A program made the position numbers and the translations under genes. Positions 1-13,245 of a stretch of 64,000 bases of DNA are shown in pieces (within the stretch, counting starts at the first letter, position 1; the number at the start of each line of letters is the position of its first letter). The notes under the pieces were generated by a model. The model worked only from the letters and a program-made list of their open reading frames with translations, had not been told where the DNA came from and searched no databases. The stretch comes from an uncultured Actinomycetota bacterium (lineage in GTDB: Bacteria > Actinomycetota > Actinomycetes > Actinomycetales > Cellulomonadaceae): positions 160,370-224,369 of the forward strand of contig CAWCGP010000008.1 in the NCBI GenBank assembly GCA_963795145.1, given 5' to 3'.

Positions 1-470
1 TACGCCCGGACGGTCCTGGGCCTCGCGGACGCGTCGTCGTCGGAGTTCGAGCCGGGCACGACCCACCCGGTCGTGGCGACCATGGCCGAGCAGCTCGCGA
101 TCGTCGGCGGCGAGGGCGACCTCGGCGGGACCATGCGCCTGGGGTCCTACGAGGCCGTGCTCACCGAGGGGTCGGTCGTCGCGCAGGCCTACGGCGCGGA
201 CAAGGTCACCGAGCGCCACCGTCACCGCTACGAGGTCAACAACGCCTACCGCGCGCAGCTGGAGGCGGCCGGGCTGGTGTTCTCGGGCGTGTCCCCGGAC
301 GGGCGAGCTCGTGGAGTTCGTCGAGCTGCCGCGCGACGTGCACCCGTACTACGTCTCCACCCAGGCGCACCCGGAGTTCAAGTCGCGGCCGACGTCGGCA
401 CACCCCCTGTTCGCGGGCCTCATCGCGGCGGCGCTGGACCGCCAGCAGGCGGACGACGAGGCCGCGATGA
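1..470 (+). CDS. pyrG: CTP synthase, C-terminal glutamine-amidotransferase part (5' end outside window; frameshift near nt 300; stop position uncertain)
   Basis: Frame 1 from nt 1 reads ...[38 protein letters not shown]...HRHRYEVNN...; after a 1-nt indel near nt 300 it continues ...[43 protein letters not shown], the CTP synthase GATase signature. Confidence 0.8.
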   Translation, partial: RPDGPGPRGRVVVGVRAGHDPPGRGDHGRAARDRRRRGRPRRDHAPGVLRGRAHRGVGRRAGLRRGQGHRAPPSPLRGQQRLPRAAGGGRAGVLGRVPGRASSWSSSSCRATCTRTTSPPRRTRSSSRGRRRHTPCSRASSRRRWTASRRTTRPR

Positions 471-500
471 CGGTCGCCGACCGCCCCGACGCACCGGCCG

Positions 501-1225
501 GTGCTCGCGACCGAGACGATCCACGACGGCATGGTGTTCGACGTCGTCGCGGAGCGGGTCGCGCTGACGCGGTGACGGCGCCGACGGCGACGACCGACGT
601 CGTCCGGCGCGAGTTCGTCCGGCACCCCGGCGCCGTCGCCGTCGTCGTCGCTCGACGACGCGGACCGGGTCCTGCTGCTCAGCCAGTACCGGCACCCCGT
701 CCGCCACGAGCTGTGGGAGCCGCCCGCCGGCCTCCTCGACGTCGACGGGCGAGGACGCCCGCGCGGCCGCGGCCCGCGAGCTCGCCGAGGAGGCCGACCT
801 CACGCGCCGGCCGCTGGGACGTGCTCGTCGACTACCTCACGTCGCCCGGCAGCAGCGACGAGGCGATCCGGGTGTTCCTGGCCCGCGACCTCGGCTCGGT
901 GCCCGAGGCCGACCGGTACGCGCGCGAGGACGAGGAGCGCGACATGGTCGCGCGGTGGGTCCCGCTCGACGAGGCGGCAGCCCTCGTGCTGTCCGGGGCG
1001 CTGCACAACCCGTCGGCGGTGGTCGGGATCCTCGCCGCCGCCGCGGCCCGCGCCGCCGGGTGGTCCACGCTGCGCCCGGCCGACGCGCCCTGGCCGGAGC
1101 GTCCCCGGCCGGCTGATCGGCTCGGTCGCGCCCCGGCGGCGGTGCCGGTGGCGGTGTCTCCGGTCGCGCGTCCCGGTGTCGGTGGGCCGGTCTACGCTCG
1201 CCGGCATGGACGACCCCGTGCGTGA
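501..1225 (+). CDS. NUDIX hydrolase (ADP-ribose pyrophosphatase, M. tuberculosis Rv1700-like); several frameshifts
   Basis: Reads [19 protein letters not shown] ... [63 protein letters not shown] ... [82 protein letters not shown]. This is a NUDIX box with the conserved pyrG-NUDIX synteny of actinobacteria. A GTG at 501 is a possible start. Confidence 0.7.
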
Positions 1226-1619
1226 CCACCTCGCCTCGGTGAGGTCCGCCCGGCGGCGCGCCGACGCCGAGACGCTCCTCGACCTCATGCGCCGGGTCAC
1301 CGAGCAGGAACCGTCGATGTGGGCGACCGTGGTCGGCTTCGGCAGCTACCACTACCGGTACGAGAGCGGCCGCGAGGGGGACGCCCCGGCGGCCGGGTTC
1401 GCCGCGCGCGCGGCGGCCTCGACGGTGTACCTGCCGGACGGCGTCGGGGCCCACCGGGACCTGCTCGAACGGCTCGGCCCGCACACCACCGGGGTCGGCT
1501 GCCTCTACCTCAAGGACCTCGGCCAGGTGGACCTCACGGTCCTCGAGGAGATCGTCCGGACGTCGTACGCGGCCGTCACCGCCGGCACGTTCGGGCAGCG
1601 GGCGCGCGAGAGCGGCTGA
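1176..1619 (+). CDS. DUF1801 (YdhG-like) domain protein, intact
   Basis: Intact 147-aa ORF with a family-like sequence (…[41 protein letters not shown]…). Confidence 0.6.
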   Translation: MSVGRSTLAGMDDPVRDHLASVRSARRRADAETLLDLMRRVTEQEPSMWATVVGFGSYHYRYESGREGDAPAAGFAARAAASTVYLPDGVGAHRDLLERLGPHTTGVGCLYLKDLGQVDLTVLEEIVRTSYAAVTAGTFGQRARESG

Positions 1620-2165
1620 GGCCGCCGCCGGCGCGTCGCGCCGTTCTGCCGACAGCAGAGCGTCCGCCGGCGTCCGACCCCGGCGGCTGGCGTCGCGACC
1701 ATGGCCCTCACCCCGCCGCGGGCCGTGACCCGTCCCGCCGCCTGGGGCGGTCCGGCACGCCGACGCCCACCGTGGCGGTACTGCACCTCTCGTGCGTGGT
1801 CGGTGCCGCGACGCCCGGGGCGTCGACGACCGGGACGGTGACGGACGCCGTCCTCGCGACCGGTGCCAGGGCCGGGGCGACGACCTCGGCCGGTCCCGGG
1901 ACGCCGTCGTCGGCGGGGCGCTGCTCGCGGAGTGAGCGGGCCCCGACCCGGACGCCCGCTCGGCGCCGCTCCGCCGGCGTGAGGATCCCGGTCGCCCGGC
2001 TGGCGCCGCTGTGCCAGCCGGAGGACCTCCCGACGACTGGATCCGTCGAGAGCGTTCGGCGTGCCGGTCGACCCTCCCTCCGCTGAGGCTCCCGGGGCGA
2101 TGGGTCCGGGCTGCGGAGCGCCCTGCGCCGTGGCCGAGTCCGTCGAGCGCCGCTCGCCCGGGCGC

Positions 2166-2783
2166 TGGTCAGCGCCGCTCCGCGGCGCGCGGGCCGCGGT
2201 CACGGAGCACGTCGTCGGCCACGCCGTGGGCGACGGCCGCCCCGGCCGGCAGGACCAGGTCCCGGTCGGTGTCCCGGCGCAGCGTCGCGACGTCCTTGCC
2301 GGTGTGCCGGGCGAGGACCTCCTCGAGCTGGCCGCGCACCCGGCCGATCTCGTCCGCCGCGACGATGAGGTCGGGCAGCGTCCCGCGGCCCTCGGCGGAC
2401 GGCTGACGGAGGACGACCCGGCCGTGCGCGAGGATCGCCCGCCGGCCCGGCGCACCGCCGGCGAGCAGGAGCGCGGCGGGGGACGCGGCCTGCCCGACGC
2501 ACGTCGTCGCGACCACGGACCGGACGTACTGCACCGCGTCGTACACGGCGAGCGCCGCGGACGACGACCCGCCGGGGGAGTTGAGGTCGAGGTCGATCGG
2601 GGCGTCCGGGTCCTCGGACTCCAGGTGGAGCAGCTGGGCGACGAGGACGTTCGCGACGCCGTCGTCGATCTCGGTGCCGAGGTGGACGATCCGCTCGGAC
2701 AGCAGGCGGCTGAAGACGTCGACGACACGCTCGCCGCCGCCGACCCGCCGCTCCACCACCGACGGGATCGTGTCCGTGCTCAT
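2166..2783 (-). CDS. clpP2: ATP-dependent Clp protease proteolytic subunit (ClpP2-like), intact
   Basis: [87 protein letters not shown]...CVGQAAS...VLRQPSAEG...TGKD, with the ClpP Ser/His/Asp context. Confidence 0.85.
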
Positions 2784-3240
2784 GCCGCACCACCCAGGCC
2801 CACCCGGCGGGCGGTCGCGTCGCCCCGGACGCCGGCGAGGTCCTCGACGACCCGGTCGACGACCCCGTACGCCCGGGCCTCCTCGGCGGTGAACCGGCGG
2901 TCGCGCAGCGAGTCCTCCCGGACGCGCTCGACGGGCTGCCCGGTGTGCTCGGCGACGAGCCCGAGGACGGTGTCCCGGGTGTCGCGCAGGTCCTGCGCCC
3001 CCAGCTCGATGTCGGCGGCGGTCCCGCCGATGCCGGACGACCCCTGGTGCAGCAGCACGCGCGAGTGGACCAGGGCGAACCGCTTGCCCGGGGTGCCCGC
3101 CGAGAGCAGGAACTGCCCCGCGCTCGCCGCCCACCCCGTGGCGAGGGTGCTGACGTCGTTCGGGACGAGCCGCGTGACGTCGTGGATCGCGAGGATCGCG
3201 GGGACGGACCCGCCGGGGGAGCCGGCCGATCTGCCGTGAG
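2780..3240 (-). pseudogene. clpP1: ClpP1-like Clp protease subunit, N-terminally truncated (about 150 of ~200 aa remain; no start codon)
   Basis: A single frame reads ...[125 protein letters not shown]. The frame runs upstream without a Met into an in-frame TGA at about 3285, only ~40 nt from the stop of the next gene (3281), and the upstream 40 nt are unlike ClpP. Confidence 0.6.
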
Positions 3241-3280
3241 CAGATCCGCCCGGCAGGCCGGCGGTACCGGGACCGGCGGG

Positions 3281-3919
3281 CTGCGGGAGGTCAGCCCTCG
3301 AGCCGCCGCCCCATCGTCAGCCCGCCGTGCTCGCGCCGGAGCTCGACGAACCCCATCCGCCGGTAGAAGCCGATGGCCCGCCCGTTGCGCGCGCGCGACC
3401 CCGAGGTGGACGCCGGGCGACCCGCTCGCGGCCAGCGCGTCGAACAGGGTCTCCAGGAGCCGGCGTCCCCAGCCGGCGCCCTGCCGGTCCGGCAGGAGGT
3501 CGACGTGCAGGTGCGAGGGGTACGCGTCGACGACCGCGGGATCGGCCAGGCGCGGGTGGTGCAGGAGGTCGACGAGCTCCGCGTCCGGGTCGCCGGGCGT
3601 GCCCGGACCGGGGTCGGCGCGGGTGAGCGGGTGGCGCTCCCGCAGCGGCGGCCACCACGTCGCCTCGGTCCGGCGCTCGAAGTCCCGGGTGTCCCGCGCG
3701 CCGAGCACGTACCCGCCGACCGGTCCGTCGTCGTCGTGCGTGCCGACGACGACGAACGCCAGGTCCGGCTCGAGGGCGAGGTACGGATCGACGTAGACCG
3801 CGGGGAGGAGCGTGGCGTCGCGGTACAGGCCGGTGGCGTCCTCGCCGAGGTGGCCGGTGCGCAGGCAGATCGTCGCGCAGCGCCGGAAGGTCGTCCGGCC
3901 GGGCGGGCCGGATCCTCAT
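3281..3919 (-). CDS. GNAT family N-acetyltransferase (one frameshift near N-terminus)
   Basis: [14 protein letters not shown]... then ...[47 protein letters not shown]...[38 protein letters not shown]...[25 protein letters not shown]. The ATG overlaps the ctaA stop (ATGA). Confidence 0.7.
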
Positions 3920-4853
3920 CCGACGGGGGTCGACCGGAGCGCCGGTCGGTCCCGCAGCGTCAGCACGGTCCAGGTCACCGTCGCGGTGAGCAGCGCGGCG
4001 CCGAGCATGTGGACGCCGACCAGGATCTCGGGCAGCCCGGTGAAGTACTGCACGTACCCGATCAGCCCCTGCGCGAGCGTGACGCCGAGCAGCACGACGG
4101 CGGCCCGACGTGCGCGGGCGGGTCCGGCCGTGCGGGCCAGCCCGACGATCAGCACGCCGACGAGCACCGACGAACGCCCACACCGCGGCGGCGTGCGCCT
4201 TGGCGACGGCGACCGGGTCGACCGCGAACCGGGACACGACGTCCTCGTCGCCGCCGTGCGGCCCGGACCCGGTGACGACGACGCCGAGGACGAGCAGCAC
4301 GACCGCGACGGCGGCGAGGGCCTGACCGGTCGCACGCACCCGCGGGACCGACCCGTCGGCACGGGCGGTCCGTCGCCCTCGCCGGACCGGACGAGCAGCA
4401 GCGTCGACACCGCGACGAGACCCAGCGAGACGAGCATGTGGAGGCCGACGACGGCCGGGTCCAGATGCAGCAGGACGGTCGGCACCGCCGATGAGCGCCT
4501 GCACGACGACGCCGACGAGCGGCAGGGCGCCGAGCCACCGGAAGTGGCGCGAGCGGCGGGTGTCGGTGCAGCACGAGGAGCGCCACGGCGAGGGCGACGA
4601 TGCCGACGACGCCGGTCAGGGTCCGGTTGCCGAACTCGATGACCGGGTGCCAGGAGGTCGCCTCGTGCAGCACGGGCGTGAACTGACCCGGCTCGCACTG
4701 CGGCCAGGTCGAGCAGCCGAGGCCGGACCCGGTCAGGCGCACCGCGCCGCCGGTGACGATGATCCCGGTCTGCGCGACGAGGTTGGCGACGAGGACGGGT
4801 CGCGTCCAGCGGCGCAGGCGGGGCCACCGGAGGTCGGACCGGCCCGCCGCCAC
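3916..4853 (-). CDS. ctaA: heme A synthase (CtaA/COX15 family), multiple frameshifts
   Basis: MAAGRSDLRWPRLRRWTRPVLVANLVAQTGIIVTGGAVRLTGSGLGCSTWPQCEPGQFTPVLHEATSWHPVIEFGNRTLTGVVGIVALAVALLVLHR... and C-terminal ...VLLGVTLAQGLIGYVQYFTGLPEILVGVHMLGAALLTATVTWTVLTLRDRP. Confidence 0.75.
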
Positions 4854-4995
4854 GGGCGGCTGCGCCGGCGTCGGCCGGCTGGGCGGAGTCGGTCGTCCGG
4901 GCGGTGCTCACGGACCCACGGTAGTCGCCGCCGACGGGCCGACCGGGCCTGTGCGGCGCCCCACGACGAGCGTCACACCGCCCGGCGCGCGATGC

Positions 4996-5795
4996 GGCTC
5001 AGCTCCAGCGGAACAGCCGCGCGGCGAGCGCGCCGAGGGCCGCCGTCCACCCGGCGAGGACCAGCAGCGGGACCGCCGCGAGGCCGCCGTCCTGCAGGGC
5101 GGACCGCAGGGAGTCGCCCGAGCGCGCCGGACGGCAGCACGCCCGCGACGGCCGCGAGCGGCCCGGGCAGCGCGTCGGCGGGGACGACGATGCCGCCGAC
5201 GACGGCCAGCAGGACGAGCACGAGGTTGGCGATCGCGAGGACGGCCTCGGCGCGCAGCGTCCCGGCCACGAGCAGGGCCAGGGCGGTGAACGCAGCCGTC
5301 CCGAGCAGGACCGCGAGGAGAGCGGGCCCGATCCCGGCCGCCTCGGGCCGCCAGCCGAGGCCGAGCGCGACCGCGCGACAGCACGAGCGACCTGCACGAC
5401 CTCGACGGCCAGGACGCCGAGCACCTTGCCCGGCGAGCAGACCCGCCGCGCCCGAGCGGCGTCGTCGCCGAGCAGCCGCAGGACGCCGTTGCGCCGGTCG
5501 AACGCGGTGGCGATCGCCTGGGACGTGAACGCGGTCGACATGACGGCCAGCGCGAGGACGCCCGGCGTGACGGCGTCGACCCGCGTCCCGCCGCCGGTCG
5601 CCCAGGTCGACGACGGACGGTCCGGGTGAGCCCGACGAGCAGCAGCACCGGCAGGATGAGCGTGATGAGCAGCTGCTCGCCGTTGCGCAGGATCGCCCGG
5701 GTCTCGAACGCCGCCTGCGCGAGCACGCGGCGGCCCGGGGGAGCGGCGCCCGTCGTCCCGCCGGTCGTCCCGCCCACGATCCCGTCCGTCGTCAT
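4996..5795 (-). CDS. ABC-2 type exporter permease (frameshifts)
   Basis: MTTDGIVGGTTGGTTGAAPPGRRVLAQAAFETRAILRNGEQLLITLILPVLLLVGLTRT...LRAEAVLAIANLVLVLLAVVGGIVVPADALPGPLAAVAGVLPSGAL...AAVPLLVLAGWTAALGALAARLFRWS*. The ATG overlaps the upstream ATPase stop (ATGA). Confidence 0.7.
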
Positions 5796-6782
5796 CGCAG
5801 GTCCCGTCCGGTGAGGTCGAGGAAGACGTCCTCGAGGGTCCGGCGGCCCACGGTGATGCGGTGGGCGAGCACGCCGCGGTCGGCGCACCACGCGGTCAGG
5901 CGCCGCGAGCAGGGCCGGGTCGACCGGTCCGGTCACCGTGTAGTCGCCGGGCGCGACCTCACGGACCCCGACGGCCTCGGCTCCGGACCGGGGCCCGTGC
6001 CGGTCGCCGACTGGCGCCGACCGGGCCGACGACCGCAGCGGCAAGTGCGGCCGTGTCCAGCCCGGCCGGTGCGGAGAACCGCAGGGTCCGGTCGTCGTGC
6101 GAGGTCGAGCAGGTCGCGGACCGCACCCTGGGCGATGACCCGCCCGTGGTCGACGACGGCGACGTGGTCCGCGAGCGTCTCCGCCTCGTCCATGAGGTGG
6201 GTGGTGAGCACGACGGCGACGCCCTCGCCCGCGCAGCTCGCGCGACGAGGTCCCACACCGCGCGACGGGCCTGCGGGTCCATGCCCGGCGCTCGGCTCGT
6301 CGAGGAACACCAGCTCGGGACGCCCGACGACGGCGGCGGCGAGCGCGAGGCGCTGGCGCTGCCCGCCGGAGAGACGTCGGACCGTGGTGCGCGCGAAGGA
6401 CCCGAGGCCGAGCCGGTCGGCGAGCTCGCCGACGTCGCGCGGGCGGGCGTACATGGCGGCGACGTGCCGCAGCATCTCCAGGGCCCGCGCGCCGGTCGGC
6501 AGGCCGCCGTCCTGCAGCATGACGCCGACCCGGGGCCGCAGCGACGCGGCCGTCGGTCGACGGGTCGAGGCCGAGCACGCGCACGCGGCCGCCGTCGGGC
6601 GCGCGCAGGCCCTCGCAGCACTCGACGGTCGTGGTCTTGCCCGGCACCGTTGGGGCCGAGGACCGCGGTGACGGCGCCGTGCTCGGCGACGAGGTCGAGC
6701 CCGTCGACCACCGCGCGGCCGTCGTACCGCTTGACGAGACCGCGTGATCTCGACGGCGGGGGTCCGGAGCACGGGGGCGAGT
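5792..6782 (-). CDS. ABC transporter ATP-binding protein (ABC-2/DrrA-like), several frameshifts
   Basis: ...PAVEITR.GLVKRYDGRAVVDGLDLVAEHGAVTAVLGPNGAGKTTTVECCEGLRAPDGGRVRVLGLDP...[44 protein letters not shown]...GVAVVLTTHLMDEAETLADHVAVVDHGRVIAQGAV...LEDVFLDLTGRDLR*. A GTG start is likely at 6782. Confidence 0.75.
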
Positions 6783-6899
6783 CTAGGACCAGCCGGGCCC
6801 CGGCCGCGCGTCCCTCGCGCGCCACCCGCACGGTGACGGCCGAGGGGTCGTGCGCGTACCGGGGGTGAGGTGCACCTTCCTTGCGGGGATGGATTTCGG

Positions 6900-6913
6900 C
6901 AACAAGGATGTTG
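6900..6913. promoter_or_regulatory. Candidate SufR operator (CAAC-N6-GTTG inverted repeat) in the lower-GC divergent intergenic region between the ABC-2 exporter and sufR
   Basis: caacAAGGATgttg lies at 6900-6913 inside the AT-richer tract ...gcaccttccttgcggggatggatttcggcaacaaggatgttggcaatatcgac..., ~100 bp upstream of the sufR ATG (7012). CAAC-N6-GTTG is a described SufR-type operator architecture. Confidence 0.35.
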
Positions 6914-7011
6914 GCAATATCGACGGCGGCGGTGCTCGTGCACCGCACGCGCCCGACACGGGCGCCGGCCGACCGATCCGCACCCGCCGGGGCTTCCCGC
7001 GGGTCGAGCGC

Positions 7012-7852
7012 ATGGAGGTGGACGTGAGCACGGCTCTCCGCACGCCGACCGCCGCACCGACCGCGATGACCGCCACCAGCGCACCGACCGGGACCGGGCA
7101 CGACCTCGACGCGGGCCACGAGGCCGAGGCGACCACCCGGCAGCGCGTGCTCCAGCTCGTCGCCTCCGCCGGCCCGGTCGCGACCGCGGAGCTCGCCGCC
7201 GAGCTCGGGCCTGACCACCGCGGCGATCCGCCGGCACCTGGGCGTGCTCGAGGGACGCGGTCAGATCACCGTCCACGAGCGCGCGGCCGTCGCGCATCGG
7301 GACCGGCCCCGCCCGCCGCGGGCGCCCGGCCCGCCGCTACGTCGTGACCCGCGAGGGGCAGAACTCGCTGTCCAGCACGTACCCCGAGCTCGCGTCCCAG
7401 GCGCTGCGCTTCCTCGCCGAGGTCGCCGGGCCGGAGGCCGTCGAGGCGTTCGCCGCCTCGCGCGTGCGCGCCATCGAGGAGCGCTACGCCGCCGCGCTGG
7501 ACGCCGTCGGGACCGGACGTCACGGCGCGCGCCGAGCGGCTCGCCGTCGCCCTCGGGCGCCGACGGCTACGCCGCGAGCACGCGGCCCGTCCCCGGCCGG
7601 CCCACCGTCCAGCTGTGCCAGGGCCACTGCCCGGTGCAGCAGATCGCGGCCGAGTTCCCCCAGCTCTGCGAGGCCGAGGCCGCAGGCCTTCTCGCGGCTT
7701 CTCGGCGTGCACGTCCAGCGCCTGTCGACGCTCGCGCCGGCGGGCACGTGTGCACGACCAACATCCCGACCCCCGTCGTCCCGACGCCGGTCGATCCCTG
7801 CAGTCACCCACCCGAACCGCACCTCCGAACCCTCGAAGGGGAGACGACATGA
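7012..7852 (+). CDS. sufR: SufR, ArsR-family Fe-S cluster-sensing transcriptional repressor of the suf operon (frameshifts)
   Basis: MEVDVSTALRTP... RQRVLQLVASAGPVATAELAAELG (HTH) ... PTVQLCQGHCPVQQIAAEFPQLCEAEA...FSRLLGVHVQRLSTLA...HVCTTNIP, with the conserved Cys cluster. Its stop overlaps the sufB ATG (ATGA at 7849-7852). Confidence 0.8.
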
Positions 7853-9337
7853 GTGCACCTACTCAGGACGCCACCAGCACGGCCGTACCAGCCGGACGCC
7901 ACCGGCACGGCCGCGACCAGCGTGCCGATGACGCAGGACGAGGCCATCGCCTCGATCGGCAGCTACAACTACGGCTGGCACGACACCGACGTCGCGGGCG
8001 CCAACGCGCGGCGCGGCCTGTCCGAGGACGTGGTGCGCAACATCTCGGCGCTCAAGAACGAGCCCGAGTGGATGCTCAAGACGCGCCTGAAGGCGCTGCG
8101 CCTGTTCGACAAGAAGCCCATGCCGAGCTGGGGCTCGGACCTCTCGGGCATCGACTTCGACAACATCAAGTACTTCGTGCGGTCCACCGAGAAGCAGGCC
8201 ACCACGCTGGGAGGACCTGCCCGAGGACATCAGGAACACCTACGACCGCCTGGGCATCCCCGAGGCGGAGAAGCAGCGCCTCGTCGCCGGCGTCGCCGCG
8301 CAGTACGAGTCCGAGGTCGTCTACCACCAGATCCGCGAGGACCTGGAGGAGCAGGGCGTCATCTTCATGGACACCGACACCGGCCTGCGCGAGCACCCGG
8401 AGATCTTCGAGCAGTACTTCGGCTCGGTGATCCCCGTCCGGCGACAACAAGTTCGCCTCGCTGAACACGGCCGTGTGGTCGGGCGGCTCGTTCGTCTACG
8501 TGCCGCCCGGCGTCCACGTCGAGATCCCGCTGCAGGCCTACTTCCGGATCAACACCGAGAACATGGGCCAGTTCGAGCGGACGCTGATCATCGCCGACGA
8601 GGGCTCGTACGTGCACTACGTCGAGGGCTGCACCGCGCCGGTGTACTCGAGCGACTCGCTGCACTCGGCGGTCGTCGAGATCATCGTCAAGAAGAACGCC
8701 CGCGTGCGGTACACGACCATCCAGAACTGGTCGAACAACGTCTACAACCTCGTCACCAAGCGGGCCACGGCCGCCGAGGGCGCGACCATGGAGTGGGTCG
8801 ACGGCAACATCGGCTCCAAGGTGACCATGAAGTACCCGGCCATCTACCTCATGGGCGAGCACGCCCGCGGCGAGACGCTGTCGATCGCCTTCGCCGGCGA
8901 GGGCCAGCACCAGGACGCGGGCGCCAAGATGGTGCACGCCGCGCCGCACACGTCGTCGTCCATCGTGTCGAAGTCGGTGGCGCGCGGCGGTGGCCGCACG
9001 TCCTACCGCGGGCTCGTGCAGGTGCTCGAGGGCGCCGAGCACTCGGCGTCGAACGTGCTCTGCGACGCGCTGCTCGTCGACCAGATCTCGCGCTCGGACA
9101 CCTACCCGTACGTCGACGTCCGCGAGGACGACGTCGTCGATGGGTCACGAGGCGACGGTGTCCCGGGTGAGCGAGGACCAGCTGTTCTACCTCATGTCCC
9201 GCGGGATGCCCGAGACCGAGGCCATGGCCATGATCGTGCGCGGGTTCGTCGAGCCCATCGCCCGTGAGCTGCCCATGGAGTACGCGCTCGAGCTCAACCG
9301 CCTGATCGAGCTCCAGATGGAAGGTTCCGTCGGCTGA
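7849..9337 (+). CDS. sufB: Fe-S cluster assembly protein SufB (no intein; at least 3 frameshifts)
   Basis: ...[91 protein letters not shown]... [67 protein letters not shown]...[65 protein letters not shown]. This is near-identical in motif content to M. tuberculosis SufB. Confidence 0.9.
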
Positions 9338-10647
9338 TGACCGCCCCCACCACCGAGACCACGCTCACGACCGACCACTCCGCGCGGCTCTCGCACCGAC
9401 CACTCGCGCGCCCGGGCCGACGGCGCGCACGCGCACGGGACCGGCGGCACGCCGCAGGGCTCCCGCGCCGAGCGGGCGACGTCGTTCGACGTCGCGGACT
9501 TCGCGATGCCCACCGGGCGCGAGGAGGAGTGGCGCTTCACCCCGGTCGACCGCGTCGCGCCGCTGTTCGCGGGCCGAGGTCGGCGGGTCGACGGGCACGG
9601 CGTCGCTCACCACCGTCGTCAACGCCCCCGAGGTCGAGGTGGAGATCGTCGACCGCGACGACGCCCGCCTCGGCCTCGCCGGCGTCCCCGGCGACCGGAC
9701 CGCCGCCGTCGGCGTGGACGTCCTTCCACCGCGGCGACGGTCGTGACGGTGCCCACGCAGGTCGTCGGCGAGCGCGGCGACGTCGATCCGCGTCGAGGGT
9801 GTCGAGGGCGCGGGGCCGACCCGACCGCCGCGCACCTGCTCGTGCACGCCGAGCGCGCTGTCCGAGGCCGTCGTCGTGCTCGACCACGTCGGCGACCGCG
9901 ACGCTCACCGAGACCGTCGAGATCGTCGTCGAGGACGGCGCGCACCTGCACGCTCGTCTCCGTCCAGGACTGGGCGCCGGGCACGGTGCACACCGCCTCG
10001 CACCGCGCTCCGGCTGGGGCGCGACGCGAAGGTCAAGCACATCGTCGTGACGCTCGGCGGCGACGTCGTGCGGGTCACGCCGGACGCCGAGTTCACCGGC
10101 GAGGGCGGCGAGGTCGAGATGGTCGGCCTCTACTACGCCGACGCGGGCCAGCACCAGGAGCACCGGCTGTTCGTCGACCACGCGGTGCCGTCCTGCCGCT
10201 CGCGGGTGACCTACAAGGGCGCGCTGCAGGGCGAGGGCGCGCACACCGTCTGGGTCGGGGACGTCCTCATCCGCGCGAACGCGGAGGGCACCGACACCTA
10301 CGAGCTCAACCGCAACCTCGTGCTGTCCGACGGCGCGCGCGCGGACTCGGTGCCGAACCTCGAGATCGAGACCGGCGAGATCGAGGGCGCCGGGCACGCC
10401 AGTCGGCCACCGGACGGTTCGACGACGAGCAGCTCTTCTACCTGCGCTCGCGCGGCATCCCCGAGGCGGACGCCCGCCGCCTCGTGGTGCGCGGCTTCTT
10501 CGCCGAGCTCATCCACCAGATCGGCGTCCCGGAGGTCGAGGAGCGCCTCATCGCCTCGATCGAGGCCGAGCTCGAGCGGAGCATGAGCGAGCTCGACGCC
10601 ACCTGCCGGGAGCCGGCGAGGTCGTCGCCGAGGAGGCCGCACGATGA
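9337..10647 (+). CDS. sufD: Fe-S cluster assembly protein SufD (frameshifts)
   Basis: The start overlaps the sufB stop (TGATG). Segments read FDVADFAMPTGREEEWRFTPVDRVAPLF, ...[132 protein letters not shown] and ...GRFDDEQLFYLRSRGIPEADARRLVVRGFFAELIHQIGVPEVEERL. Confidence 0.85.
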
Positions 10648-10995
10648 CGGCCCAGAACGTCGTGCCAGAAGAGCGACCTGGCGCCCGGCACGGCCCTGCG
10701 CGCTGGAGCTCGACGCCGAGCCGACGGGCCCGGTCGTCGCGGTCGCCGTGGTGCACGCCGAGGACGGCGAGTTGTACGCCATCTCCGACGTCTGCTCCCA
10801 CGGCGCGGTCTCGCTCTCCGACGGCGAGGTCGAGGGCACCACGCTCGAGTGCTGGCTCCACGGCTCGCAAGTTCGACCTGCGCACCGGGCCCCGACCGGA
10901 CTGCCGGCCACCCGTGCGCCGTCCCCGTGTACCCCGTGACCGTCGACGGCGAGCACGTGCTCGTCGACGTCGACGCCGCCGCCTGTCCGAGCCGG
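10644..10995 (+). CDS. Rieske [2Fe-2S] ferredoxin-like protein embedded in the suf operon (frameshifts)
   Basis: [10 protein letters not shown]...[63 protein letters not shown]...[17 protein letters not shown] contains the CxH...CxxH Rieske motifs. [11 protein letters not shown] lies at about 10631, and the ATG overlaps the sufD stop (ATGA). Confidence 0.7.
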
Positions 10996-11026
10996 CCGAC
11001 CCGGCAGCACCCGAAGGAACCGACAT

Positions 11027-13234
<2,208 letters not shown>

Positions 13235-13245
13235 AGGGACGACGC

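Noticed and set aside
1505-2728. 407-aa ORF on the minus strand (and similar very long ORFs: 2061-3239 +, 2200-3708 -, 19509-21410 -, 39195-41447 -, 10644-13388 +)
   Set aside because: Their translations are Arg/Pro/Gly/Ala low-complexity strings typical of stop-codon-poor alternative frames in >70% GC DNA. They overlap well-supported genes on the other strand or are fusions of several real genes across frameshifts.
7849-7940. Near-duplicate coding segment at the sufB 5' end (DATSTAVPA / [11 protein letters not shown]) as a possible repeat or alternative start
   Set aside because: It is explained more simply by a single frameshift in a low-complexity N-terminal tail; there is no evidence of function.
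7849-9337. Intein in sufB (present in M. tuberculosis SufB)
   Set aside because: The gene length (about 496 codons) and continuous SufB similarity leave no room for an intein.
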